Source of the DNA: Deltaproteobacteria bacterium
GTDB taxonomy: Bacteria > Desulfobacterota > Binatia > Bin18
Length of the DNA: 64,000 bases
Assembly (NCBI GenBank): GCA_031389045.1
Contig: JANMSE010000193.1
Span: 4,926 to 68,925, forward strand
Direction: 5' to 3'
Shown: positions 18,442-27,064 of the stretch, piece by piece
How positions within the stretch are numbered: position 1 is the first letter of the stretch
Layout of the letters: every line of letters begins with the position of its first letter
Made by a program: the position numbers and the translations under genes
Notes under the pieces: generated by a model
The model's database searches: none
Told to the model about the DNA's origin: nothing
What the model saw: only the letters and a program-made list of their open reading frames with translations

Positions 18442-18561
18442 CTTATGGCTTATGGCCTATGGCAAATAGCCTATGGCCTATGGCGCGTTCGCTTCGCTCA
18501 CTCAATAGCAGGAACACTCCTGCCATAAGCCATAGAGCGAAGCGAGCCATAAGCCATAAGC
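18442..18561. repeat. ~120-bp palindromic element built from CCATAAG/CCATAGG heptamers (family C, copy 1)
   Basis: It starts at the base after the tal TAG. Arms are gcttatggcttatggcctatggcaaatagcctatggcc...gcgttcgcttcgctc and gagcgaagcgagccataagccataagc. A second copy lies at 41565-41702. Confidence 0.85.
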
Positions 18562-18673
18562 AGGGCTTGACGGGCAGGCACAGGGGCCTAACATACCAGG
18601 CTATATTTATGTGGTGTAGACTTTCGTGGCGCTTGGCTCCGCGACAAGGACACCACCAAGGAAGTGCCTGCTG

Positions 18674-19801
18674 ATGTTCCAGCTCCCGCCGGTGTATCTT
18701 GAGCGCCTCGTCGAAAGTTCCCTTGACATCGTCATCGCCGTTGACAGTGAAGGGAAAATCATCTTCTACAATGACGGCGCCTATAAAACCCTCGGCTATA
18801 CCTCCACGGAGATTCGCGGCAAATACGTCACCGCCGTGTATCCCAGTCTTGATGAAGCACGTCGGGTGATGGCCGCGCTACGGAGCGGTGAGCCTGGCGA
18901 AACTAGCCAAGTCAAGAATTTCGAGACCACCCTATTGACCAAAAACGGCGACCAAATCCCGGCTGCGATTTCCGGGTCGATTATCTACGACGAAGCCGGG
19001 AACGAGATTGGCTCCATTGGCTTTCTCAAGGATTTGCGCGAAATTCGTCGTCGCGATCAACTCGCCACCCTGGGCGAACTCGCGGTTGGACTCGCGCACC
19101 GTATCAACAATCCGCTTGAGGTGATCTTCAATAACCTCGACCTCCTCTCCAAGCATATCTCCCAGGTCTGCCCCGACGAAGAATACGTCATTGATGAAGA
19201 ACGACTGGAATCGGTGCAGCGCGAATTGGGCAAAATCCGCGCCATCGTCAGCCGGATTGATGAGATGGCGCATGAAAGCCGCTACGTCACCACGGAGTAT
19301 CTGCGTGGCTCGCGCATGGCCGACCTCGGTTTGGAGGAAGCGGCCTCTCCTCCTCACTCCTCAGAGGCGCAACCCGCCGCTCGCGCTTTGGCGGGGTTAA
19401 CGATTCTGGTGGTCGATGATGACTTGGGGGTGTGTTATTCCCTGCGCGATTTGCTGTTGGCGGAAGGGTGCGAAGTGGAGGTCGCCACCAACGGGCTCGA
19501 CGCCCTCAAAGTCCTGGCCCATCGCTCGGTCGATCTCGTGATCAGTGACGTCGTGATGCCCGATCTTGACGGCTACGACCTCTATATGGAGGTCCGCGAA
19601 CGGTATCGTCAGACGCCGGTCGTGCTGATGACCGCCTATTTCTACGACAAAGACCATGTCATCAAGCGCAGCAAAGTGGAAGGTTTGAAGGAAGTGATTT
19701 TCAAGAAGCCCGTGGACCCTACACGCTTGAAAAACATCATTCTCGAACGTTGCCGCCCCAACCTCACGCTCCCTCCCTCACCGCCGCTTCACACGCCATA
19801 G
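18674..19801 (+). CDS. PAS - DHp(HisKA-like) - receiver domain protein lacking an ATPase (HATPase_c) domain
   Basis: PAS region (VIAVDSEGKIIFYNDGAYKTLGYT), H-box (LAVGLAHRINNPL), then a direct linker into REC (ILVVDDD...DLVISDVVMPDLDG...KP). No N/G1/G2 boxes are visible. Confidence 0.75.
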   Translation: MFQLPPVYLERLVESSLDIVIAVDSEGKIIFYNDGAYKTLGYTSTEIRGKYVTAVYPSLDEARRVMAALRSGEPGETSQVKNFETTLLTKNGDQIPAAISGSIIYDEAGNEIGSIGFLKDLREIRRRDQLATLGELAVGLAHRINNPLEVIFNNLDLLSKHISQVCPDEEYVIDEERLESVQRELGKIRAIVSRIDEMAHESRYVTTEYLRGSRMADLGLEEAASPPHSSEAQPAARALAGLTILVVDDDLGVCYSLRDLLLAEGCEVEVATNGLDALKVLAHRSVDLVISDVVMPDLDGYDLYMEVRERYRQTPVVLMTAYFYDKDHVIKRSKVEGLKEVIFKKPVDPTRLKNIILERCRPNLTLPPSPPLHTP

Positions 19802-19813
19802 GACAATCTGGCC

Positions 19814-20923
19814 ATGCTCTCTGGATACGCGACTTTAGCGGGGACAGATGCCTATCGACAGCGGTTCGCGATGAGTCTTCACCCGCTGCACTTTCGCCGG
19901 TCCGCCGATCTGTGGTTCGCCTCCATTGGACTCGGCACCTATCTCGGCGACCCAACACCACAGACTGACGAACTCTACGAGGCGGCGATCCGACTGGCAC
20001 TGGTCCGTGGGTGTAATGTCCTTGATGCCGCCATCAATTATCGCCACCAACGCAGTGAACGGGTGATTGGCCAGGTGCTCTCGGCACTCATTGGAAAGGG
20101 CACCCTCCAACGAGAAGAAATCGTAGTGGCGACCAAAGGTGGGTATATCGCTTTTGATGGGGACGTGCCGCCCGACCCGCGTGCCTATGTGCAAGAGACC
20201 TTCATCAAGACTGGCTTAGCCACCGCCGATGACATTGTCGAATGGAATTGCATCGCGCCTCGCTACCTTGCGCATCAAATCGAGTGCAGCCGCCGCAACC
20301 TCAATTTGGCCTGTCTCGATATTTACTATCTGCATAATCCTGAAGCCCAGCTCCAGAAATGCTCGCGATCAGAATTCGCACGGCGCATGGAAGCGGCCTT
20401 CACCATGCTCGAGGCCCAGGTCGCCAGTGGAAACATCCGTCACTACGGCACCGCCACCTGGAATGGGTATCGTCAGCAACCGACCGCGCGTGACGTGTTG
20501 TTTCTCCCTGACTTATTGGAGATCGCGGAACGAGTCGGCGGTCAGGAGCACCATTTCAAGATCGTGCAGCTTCCCTACAACTTGGGAATGACCGAAGCGC
20601 TGACGCAAAAAAATCAACGAGTCGGTCGTGAGATGGTCAGCGTGCTCGAAGCGGCCCATCAGCGTGGGATCACGGTGATGGCGAGCGCATCGATCTTACA
20701 AGGCCGCCTGGCGCACTCACTTCCAACCACTGTGAGTGACGCGCTCAGCGGGCTTGAGTCCGATGCCCAACGGGCGCTCCAGTTCACGCGTTCGACACCC
20801 GGCATCACCACCGCACTGGTCGGCATGAAGTCCGTCGCGCATGTTGAGCATAATCTCGCGGTGGCCAAACTCCCGCCCGCGTCGCTGGAACAGTTTCACA
20901 AACTCTTTCGGCCACAAGCGTAG
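19814..20923 (+). CDS. aldo/keto reductase family oxidoreductase
   Basis: LDAAINYRHQRSERVIG, VVATKGG and IYYLHNP, arranged as in the AKR fold. Confidence 0.8.
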   Translation: MLSGYATLAGTDAYRQRFAMSLHPLHFRRSADLWFASIGLGTYLGDPTPQTDELYEAAIRLALVRGCNVLDAAINYRHQRSERVIGQVLSALIGKGTLQREEIVVATKGGYIAFDGDVPPDPRAYVQETFIKTGLATADDIVEWNCIAPRYLAHQIECSRRNLNLACLDIYYLHNPEAQLQKCSRSEFARRMEAAFTMLEAQVASGNIRHYGTATWNGYRQQPTARDVLFLPDLLEIAERVGGQEHHFKIVQLPYNLGMTEALTQKNQRVGREMVSVLEAAHQRGITVMASASILQGRLAHSLPTTVSDALSGLESDAQRALQFTRSTPGITTALVGMKSVAHVEHNLAVAKLPPASLEQFHKLFRPQA

Positions 20924-20970
20924 GACCCGAAGGCAGTTCGGAGTCAAAGGCAGTTCGGAGTTCGAATTGC
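20924..20970 (+). repeat. family D AGTTCGG-word repeats (copy 2)
   Basis: The sequence gacccgaaggcagttcggagtcaaaggcagttcggagttcgaattgc starts directly after the AKR TAG. Confidence 0.8.
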
Positions 20971-21246
20971 CGTTGCCGTGTCTGTTGGAGCGCTTAGTCG
21001 CATTCTGGCCCAGATGACCTCACGGAAAGCGAAGAAAATCGCAACGTCCCCTATTCCGCAAAGCATTGGAAAAGGCCGGGACGGATCATGTGACGATCTG
21101 GCTGACAAAAAGTGAGACGAAGGAGGCGGTCGTGGAACTGGAGCAGCTTGCCCGTGAGGTACTGTCGTAGGACATGAATCGCGCTCATCCTGAGTCCGGC
21201 GGGCTCAGGATGAACGCGGCGGTGGGCTATTCTCATCTCGGCTGGT

Positions 21247-21684
21247 TCAGCCGCCAAACGTGCCGTCCGGATAGTCGGCGAAGCAGGCAATGTCGTCGGG
21301 CAGCGTCAACCACGGTTGTCCTGCTGAGCACCAGACGCTAAAGCGCGGCTTGATGTGGCTCTTGTCGTCCAAGGTCCCGCCCATCATGGAGCGAATCTCC
21401 GGATACCGTTCAAGCGTGATGGACACGGCTGAGCCGCAGGTCGGACAGAAATGCCGCCAAAGCCGCTGCTCACCGTCAACTTTTGCCTCATACGTAGCGA
21501 GGGTGCCTTCAATCGTCACGGCCTCTTTGGGAAAAATGACGCCAATGAGAAAGGCCGAGCCCGACTGGCGCTGACATCGGTCACATTGACAGAGTCCGAT
21601 GGTGGTCGGTTCGCCGTCGTAGCGATAGTGGACCGCTCCGCACAGGCAGCGGCCGGTTCCTCCGGTTGTTTGTGATTGGGTCAT
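21247..21684 (-). CDS. GFA (glutathione-dependent formaldehyde-activating enzyme-like) zinc protein
   Basis: CLCGAVHY...CQCDRCQRQSGSAF...FCPTCGS are GFA Cys motifs. Start set at ATG 21684. Confidence 0.8.
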   Translation of the reverse strand: MTQSQTTGGTGRCLCGAVHYRYDGEPTTIGLCQCDRCQRQSGSAFLIGVIFPKEAVTIEGTLATYEAKVDGEQRLWRHFCPTCGSAVSITLERYPEIRSMMGGTLDDKSHIKPRFSVWCSAGQPWLTLPDDIACFADYPDGTFGG

Positions 21685-21880
21685 TGATGTAGTCCTCGAC
21701 GAGAACGTAAAGGGCGTAGTGATTGGCAAAGGCGCCACGGGCCTTCGAGCCGCGATTCGCTGAACGGGTTTTGAAGTTCAGGTATTGCAGGAGGGGGCTC
21801 TTCTCGAACAGATCATCCGTGAGGCCACCAAACCGACGGCGGAGAATCTCAAGCATCGCGGCGGTGAATGCGTGCTTCAT
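21685..21880 (-). pseudogene. ~65-codon N-terminal remnant of the gene downstream of the methyltransferase (possible truncated restriction endonuclease)
   Basis: MKHAFTAAMLEILRRRFGG...HYALYVLVEDYI starts with an ATGA overlap on the methylase stop. Beyond ~21685 the frame overlaps the GFA gene and turns into a low-complexity basic tail. Confidence 0.35.
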
Positions 21881-22803
21881 TTGGTGGGTCCGAAGAGATC
21901 GCCGGTGTCCGAATCAACACCCTGGGTCGCCCCCCTCCCATTGCGGCGGACATGGGATTTTCGTGGCGCCCTCAGTGGCTCACCGTCAAGTTCGGTCCTG
22001 ATACCGAGGCGTCGAAGGCCAATCTTGACGTACTCCCGCTCCCGCTCAATCCCGATAAATCGCCTCCCGAGGCGCTTTGCCACGGCACCGGTGGTGAACG
22101 TCCCGGCGAACGGATCAAGCACGAGATCTCCGGGGTTGCTACTTGCGAGGACAATCCGTTCGAGGAGCACTTCGGGTTTCTGCGACGGATGTTCCTCGTA
22201 CTCATCCATGCGGTAGCGCACACGGGGGAAGAGCCAGACATTACCCGGCACCTTCATGTCGTTATAGACCGCCGGCACGGGTTTGCGGTAGTCGATCAGC
22301 TTCCTGACCCCGCCAGTCTTCGCTTCCACGGTAATAGCATCGGAATTGAAGGTATAGTGGTCGGGGTCCTTCACGACATGGAGGATGGGCTCGTAGAGTG
22401 AACCAAAGTACTTTCTGGCTTGGACGCCGAAGCTGTCGTATACCCATACGATTCTGGACAAAATCGCGAGTCGGGATCGGAGGTACAGGTCGATGTGAGG
22501 CATGGCCTGCGTACTCGTCATGACGTACAGGGTTCCACCCGGAGCGAGCTTTCTTATACACAGGTCCAGCCAACGAGCGCACCACTCGGCGTAGGCATCG
22601 TCACTCTCCCATCGGTCACGGAAACTGCTGAACCACTTGCCGATATTGTACGGAGGATCAGCAAAGATCAGATTGACCTCCGTATCTCCCACGACTGCGC
22701 CCAAGAGATCAAGGGCATCTCCATGCACGACAGTGGCCCCGTTGGTTTCGTATGTAAATTCCGATGACACGCGTTTTTCCTCTGTTCGGAGCCCTTCCCG
22801 CAA
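21877..22803 (-). CDS. beta-class N6-adenine/N4-cytosine DNA methyltransferase
   Basis: Motif IV FADPPYNIG near the N-terminus and motif I VLDPFAGTFTTGAVA near the C-terminus. The track start 22803 is TTG; GTG 22770 with an AGAGGA upstream is an alternative. Confidence 0.85.
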   Translation of the reverse strand: MREGLRTEEKRVSSEFTYETNGATVVHGDALDLLGAVVGDTEVNLIFADPPYNIGKWFSSFRDRWESDDAYAEWCARWLDLCIRKLAPGGTLYVMTSTQAMPHIDLYLRSRLAILSRIVWVYDSFGVQARKYFGSLYEPILHVVKDPDHYTFNSDAITVEAKTGGVRKLIDYRKPVPAVYNDMKVPGNVWLFPRVRYRMDEYEEHPSQKPEVLLERIVLASSNPGDLVLDPFAGTFTTGAVAKRLGRRFIGIEREREYVKIGLRRLGIRTELDGEPLRAPRKSHVRRNGRGATQGVDSDTGDLFGPTK

Positions 22804-22815
22804 GCGTAGCGCTTT

Positions 22816-23442
22816 TCACGCCGAGCTGGTCTTGGATGTCCCGTTGCGCAATGCCGACATTTCAGCTTCAAGCTCGGCAATACGGTCGCGTAACTTCCGC
22901 ACCGTTGGCGCCAAGTCTTCGGCGGTGACCCGCGGCGTAATGTGTTGTGGACAATTGCTGTCCCACGCCTCAATGTGAAAACGGAAGACTCGCTCTGGCC
23001 GCGCCTCATAGGTCGGATCGGCCAACTGTTCCAACAACGTCGGGTCATGCTCAATGACCTCGGCGCGGCCCCAGATTTTGATCCGTTGGCGGTTGATATA
23101 GTCCATCAGGAAAATGAACGCCTTGTCGTTCTCGGTCAGGTTCCCCATTGAGATGTACTGTCGGTTCCCGCTGAAGTCGGCGAAGGCCAGCGTGTGCTCG
23201 TCTAGGACTTTGAGGAATCCCTTGGGGCCTCCCCGGTGCTGGATGTAGGGCTGTCCTTCGCTGTTAGCCGTCGCCAGATAGAACGAATCCCGTTCAGCAA
23301 TGAAGGCAACGAGGTCTGGAGTGACGGCATGCCGCCAGCCGCCCTTTTGTTCCATGTGGGCGTAGCCGGCGCGGGAGCCGAGTCGTGCTTGGATGGTTTT
23401 GACCGCCGGGGTAAAAGCGATATCACTGGTGATCTGTTTCAT
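22816..23442 (-). CDS. pyridoxamine 5'-phosphate oxidase-like FMN-binding protein
   Basis: FYLATANSEGQPYIQHRGGPKGFLKVLD...FADFSGNRQYISMGNL is a split-barrel FMN-binding pattern. The C-terminal tail looks like a coiled coil. Confidence 0.75.
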   Translation of the reverse strand: MKQITSDIAFTPAVKTIQARLGSRAGYAHMEQKGGWRHAVTPDLVAFIAERDSFYLATANSEGQPYIQHRGGPKGFLKVLDEHTLAFADFSGNRQYISMGNLTENDKAFIFLMDYINRQRIKIWGRAEVIEHDPTLLEQLADPTYEARPERVFRFHIEAWDSNCPQHITPRVTAEDLAPTVRKLRDRIAELEAEMSALRNGTSKTSSA

Positions 23443-23677
23443 GCTGGGGTCTCCTGATTACGCTGATTGATGGAGTGTCTTCACTTCTTGGCGCATCACT
23501 TTCTGACACTCGCCTGTCGTCGTTTCAACTATCCTCTCCCGCAACTCACGCAACGCCACGTCCAGCTCCCCCAGAGTTACCAGTGACCGGTAGTGTAATG
23601 CTCAGGTTGTCACTCATGCCCAGAGCTTAGCGCAATTCTCAAAAACCTCCCAGGAAATGAGCGAACCATGAGGTCTT

Positions 23678-23719
23678 AAACTCCGAACTCCGAACGGTCC
23701 TGGACTCCGAACTGCCTGC
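23678..23719 (-). repeat. family D AGTTCGG-word repeats (copy 3, minus-sense)
   Basis: The minus strand reads TAG-caggcagttcggagtccaggaccgttcggagttcggagttt, starting directly after the LLM gene stop (23719-23721). Confidence 0.8.
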
Positions 23720-24597
23720 TACTGCTCGCCGTGCTTCGCCACGACATCATTGGCGAAACGCTCCATCGCATTCGTGATGTTGCGGTCTCGTAACGCATGA
23801 ACGTTAATCAACAGCCGCTGGATGCCCAGCTCTTCGTAGACGGGGAGACTCTCGACCCCTTCGCGGTGGTAATTCCAGTAAGCGGTAATCTCCAAATCGC
23901 GTGGGTTCCGCCCCTGCTTGGCGCACTCTTCGGTGAGCGCTCGCATGTGCGTGCGATAGTCGTCGAGGTCCTTGCCGATGACATACCAGCCATCGCCATA
24001 GCGCACGGTGCGCCGAATCGCCGAGGGGCTAATGCCACCAATCACCAGCGGCACGCCTCCGGCCTGCGCGGGCTTGGGGCGCATCATGAAGTTTTGCCAC
24101 TGCACGAACTCGCCCTGAAAGTTGACCTCTTCGCCACTCCACACCGCCTTGAGCGCACGCAGGTACTCGTCCGCCCGTTTGCCACGGCGCTCGAACGGCA
24201 CGCCAATCGCGGTGAACTCTTCCTTCAACCAGCCAATGCCCACACCGAGCATCAGCCGCCCCTTGGAGAGATGGTCAATCGACGAAGCCCATTTGGCGAG
24301 GTACAGCGGGCTCATCTGCGGCAGGATGTTGACCCCGGTCCCCAGCCGTAGACGGGTGGTGGCCGACGCGATAAAGGTCAACGCCACTAGCGGATCAATA
24401 ATCGCGGCATCGGGTGGGAATGGCAGCTTCCCATCGGGGTTATACGGATACACCGACGTATACGTCTTGGGAATGATGACGTGTTCCGCCGTCCACACGG
24501 ATTCATAGCCCAACGCTTCCGCGCGTTGCACGAACGGAATCACCACGTCCGGGTCAGCAAACAGATGTAGGTTGATGGGAACAATGCCAAATTTCAT
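23719..24597 (-). CDS. luciferase-like monooxygenase (LLM) family oxidoreductase, probably F420-dependent
   Basis: MKFGIVP..., ESVWTAEHVIIP, GRLMLGVGIGWLKEEF and PLVIGG. Cofactor type cannot be proven from sequence. Confidence 0.8.
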   Translation of the reverse strand: MKFGIVPINLHLFADPDVVIPFVQRAEALGYESVWTAEHVIIPKTYTSVYPYNPDGKLPFPPDAAIIDPLVALTFIASATTRLRLGTGVNILPQMSPLYLAKWASSIDHLSKGRLMLGVGIGWLKEEFTAIGVPFERRGKRADEYLRALKAVWSGEEVNFQGEFVQWQNFMMRPKPAQAGGVPLVIGGISPSAIRRTVRYGDGWYVIGKDLDDYRTHMRALTEECAKQGRNPRDLEITAYWNYHREGVESLPVYEELGIQRLLINVHALRDRNITNAMERFANDVVAKHGEQ

Positions 24598-24641
24598 AAA
24601 CGTCCTCCAATTGCGGGGCACAACTCTGAGAAAGAAAGCGT

Positions 24642-24866
24642 ATGGAAGATGTCATTATTGATGTCGTTGTCAATGGGCGCGTCCTGCTGCCGGGGGAAAT
24701 TCCAGCGGCGGTCACGCAGGTCATCGCGGCCACGCTGGCCACGGACGCGCCGCCACAAGAGATTGAGCACGAAGGGGTCCGCTATTGGTGGGCGGTGCGG
24801 CCTTGTGTCCCCCTGAACCTCGAAGGTGCCGCGCCTTTGCTTGCGCTTCTCCGAGGGCAGTGGTAA
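24642..24866 (+). CDS. hypothetical small protein (74 aa)
   Basis: Open frame with genome-like codon bias in an otherwise empty 290-bp gap. The RBS is only weak and purine-rich, and no motif is recognised. Confidence 0.3.
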   Translation: MEDVIIDVVVNGRVLLPGEIPAAVTQVIAATLATDAPPQEIEHEGVRYWWAVRPCVPLNLEGAAPLLALLRGQW

Positions 24867-24910
24867 GGCGACGGCAACGTTGTCACTCTGCCAATGAAAC
24901 GGAGGTCGCG

Positions 24911-25750
24911 ATGATTAAGAATATCCTCTTCGCGCTTGATGGCTCCGAGCACTCGAAAACGGCACTACGCTATGCGCTGTGGCTCGCGTCACAGTTTCGC
25001 GCCCACATCTCGGGGCTCCATGTCATTGACATCGTCTCGGTGGAAGGCCCATTTTTTCAGGACCTCTCCGGCGCGTTCGGTTTTGAGCCCTACCTTGATG
25101 TCGCTGGCAAAGTGCGCAGGGCGCTGCATGATCGTGGTCAGTTTCTCCTGCAAGAATTCACGACCACCTGTCAGGAGCAAGGGGTGTCCTGCGAGACGGC
25201 GCTGGTCACTGGGATTGTGGCGAACGAAATCAGCGAGCATGCGCGCACCGCGGACCTCGTCATCATTGGACATCGGGGGACCAACGAACAGTTCTCAACT
25301 GGTCTGTTGGGCGGGACCGCGGAAAGCATCACGCGCAAAAGCCCACGCCCAGTGTTCATCACCCCGATGCAATTTCAGCCGCCCAGCAAGCCGTTGCTCG
25401 CGTATGACGGCAGCTCACGCGCTAGCACGGTCATGCACAGCGCCGCTGAGTTTTGTTCGGCGCTGAACCTGCCGTTGACGGTGTTGACTGTCACACCGCG
25501 TGAAAAGAGTGGTGAGGAGAAAATTCTGGAAGAGGCGCGACACTATCTCAGCTCGTATGATCTCAAGCCGACGCTGCTGTCCGTGACGGGTCACGCGAAT
25601 CAACGCATTATCGAGTATCTCAAGGAACACGGGCACGACCTATTGTTCATCGGGGCGTATGGCCATAGTCGCATCATTGAAATGGTGCTCGGCAGCACGA
25701 CGGAATATGTGCTGCGCAATGCCCCGTGTCCGGTGTTTTTGTCGCGCTGA
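24911..25750 (+). CDS. tandem-domain universal stress protein
   Basis: Two UspA repeats, each ending in a G..G(9)G(S/T)-type motif (IIGHRGTN..., FIGAYGHSRI...GSTTEYVLRNAPCPVFL). Confidence 0.85.
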   Translation: MIKNILFALDGSEHSKTALRYALWLASQFRAHISGLHVIDIVSVEGPFFQDLSGAFGFEPYLDVAGKVRRALHDRGQFLLQEFTTTCQEQGVSCETALVTGIVANEISEHARTADLVIIGHRGTNEQFSTGLLGGTAESITRKSPRPVFITPMQFQPPSKPLLAYDGSSRASTVMHSAAEFCSALNLPLTVLTVTPREKSGEEKILEEARHYLSSYDLKPTLLSVTGHANQRIIEYLKEHGHDLLFIGAYGHSRIIEMVLGSTTEYVLRNAPCPVFLSR

Positions 25751-26053
25751 GTGCCGAGGAGTTATCAGCATGATGGACCAAAAACATGTGGCGGACGAGG
25801 TATTAGCCATAGAGGAAGAGACGGCGGACTTGCAAGAGGCCAAGGCGCTGCTTGAAAGTCTGTCGTCGGCTGAACGTGCCACGGCTTCATAAGTGATTGC
25901 TCGTCGGACTCCCCTGTGCTTCTTCTATTTTTGCCTTTTGCCTTTTGCCTTTTGATTTCGGCCTTCCGCCTCACCCTTGCGACGGCACCCACGCGCCGCT
26001 AAGATTCGCCGACTCAACAATTTTAACAAGACGTTATCAAACGTGGAGGATGA

Positions 26054-27049
26054 ATGCGGTATCCGCTACATGTGACGACCGACATGATGAAGTGGCAGGC
26101 CAAAAACAAGCTGCAAGGCCGGAAACGGTACCCCGTGGTCTTGATGCTGGAGCCACTCTACACCTGCAACCTCGCCTGCGTCGGCTGTACTCCGGAACGC
26201 CATTCCGGCGATCTCAAGGATCGCTTAACCCTCTCCGAGAGTCTGCAAGCCGTCGATGAATCTGGCGCTCCCATTGTCTCGATCTGTGGTGGCGAACCAA
26301 CCATTTATCCCGAACTGCCGGAACTGGTGAGCCAGATTATTGACCGCAAACGCCACGTCATCATTTGCACCAACGCGCTATTACTCGAACGCTTCCTCAA
26401 TAAATCCCAGCCACACAAACGGGTGACCATCAACGTTCACCTTGATGGCATGCGCGAGACCCATGACTTTGTCTGCGCGCGTGAAGGCGTGTTCGATAAA
26501 GCCATCGAAATGATCAAGCTGGGCAAGCAGCTCGGCTATACGGTCTGCACCAATACGACCGTCTATAAAGAGACCCAGATGGAAGAGATCGAGCAGATGT
26601 TCTCGATGCTCACGACGCTGGGTATCGACAACATGCTCGTCTCTCCTGGCTATCACTATGAAAAAGTGCAGGACGACCACTTTCTCTTTCGACAGGAGAT
26701 TCACCAAAAGTTCCGCCGCGTGCTGGAACTCTCCAAAAAATATCGACTCGGGTCGACGCCGCTCTTCTTGGAGTTCGCCGCCGGAGAACGGGAATATCCC
26801 TGCACGCCGTGGGGCAATGTCACCCGCACGCCCTTCGGCTGGAAAGGCCCCTGCTATCTAATCGGCGAAAAGTATTTCAAGACCTGGGAGGAGTTCTGGA
26901 ACGGTGTGGACTGGAACTATTGGGAAACCCGGCGGGACCCGCGCTGTCAGAACTGCCTTATGCATTCGGGCTTCGAAGCCTCGGTGACCCGCACCTTCCC
27001 CGAAAGCACCAAAGATGTGGTGAAAATGGCCCGCTGGATGTTTTCGTAG
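26054..27049 (+). CDS. hpnH: adenosyl-hopene transferase (hopanoid side-chain radical SAM enzyme)
   Basis: KLQGRKRYPVVLMLEPLYTCNLACVGC radical-SAM cluster and SICGGEPT, with a C-terminal DUF3463-like Cys/Trp-rich region (CTPWGN..GWKGPCY). Confidence 0.88.
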   Translation: MRYPLHVTTDMMKWQAKNKLQGRKRYPVVLMLEPLYTCNLACVGCTPERHSGDLKDRLTLSESLQAVDESGAPIVSICGGEPTIYPELPELVSQIIDRKRHVIICTNALLLERFLNKSQPHKRVTINVHLDGMRETHDFVCAREGVFDKAIEMIKLGKQLGYTVCTNTTVYKETQMEEIEQMFSMLTTLGIDNMLVSPGYHYEKVQDDHFLFRQEIHQKFRRVLELSKKYRLGSTPLFLEFAAGEREYPCTPWGNVTRTPFGWKGPCYLIGEKYFKTWEEFWNGVDWNYWETRRDPRCQNCLMHSGFEASVTRTFPESTKDVVKMARWMFS

Positions 27050-27064
27050 GGAGGCGTGACGAAC

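Noticed and set aside
18459-18674. ORFs at 18459-18674 and 41492-41680 that share the peptide MANSLW(P/L)MARSLRSL
   Set aside because: The shared peptide is simply the translation of the family C repeat element. There is no RBS and no conservation outside the repeat.
21014-21180. Possible small plus-strand ORFs between the AKR and GFA genes (MTSRKAKKIATSP..., 33 aa; and an ATG-less frame ending ...TIWLTKSETKEAVVELEQLAREVLS*)
   Set aside because: They are too short, lack a credible start or RBS, and match no recognisable family. They may be a gene relic (antitoxin-like C-terminus) but cannot be supported.
23458-23600. Minus-strand small ORF upstream of the PNPOx-like gene (MSDNLSITLPV... in one frame; ...LVTLGELDVALRELRERIVETTTGECQKVMRQEVKTLHQSA* in another)
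   Set aside because: It would need a frameshift to form one protein and neither piece has a good start. It could be a degraded small gene, but the evidence is insufficient.
25770-25892. 40-codon ORF (MMDQKHVADEVLAIEEETADLQEAKALLESLSSAERATAS) after the universal stress protein gene
   Set aside because: It is a plausible micro-protein, but it is below any length at which I can judge coding potential by eye, and it has no clear RBS.
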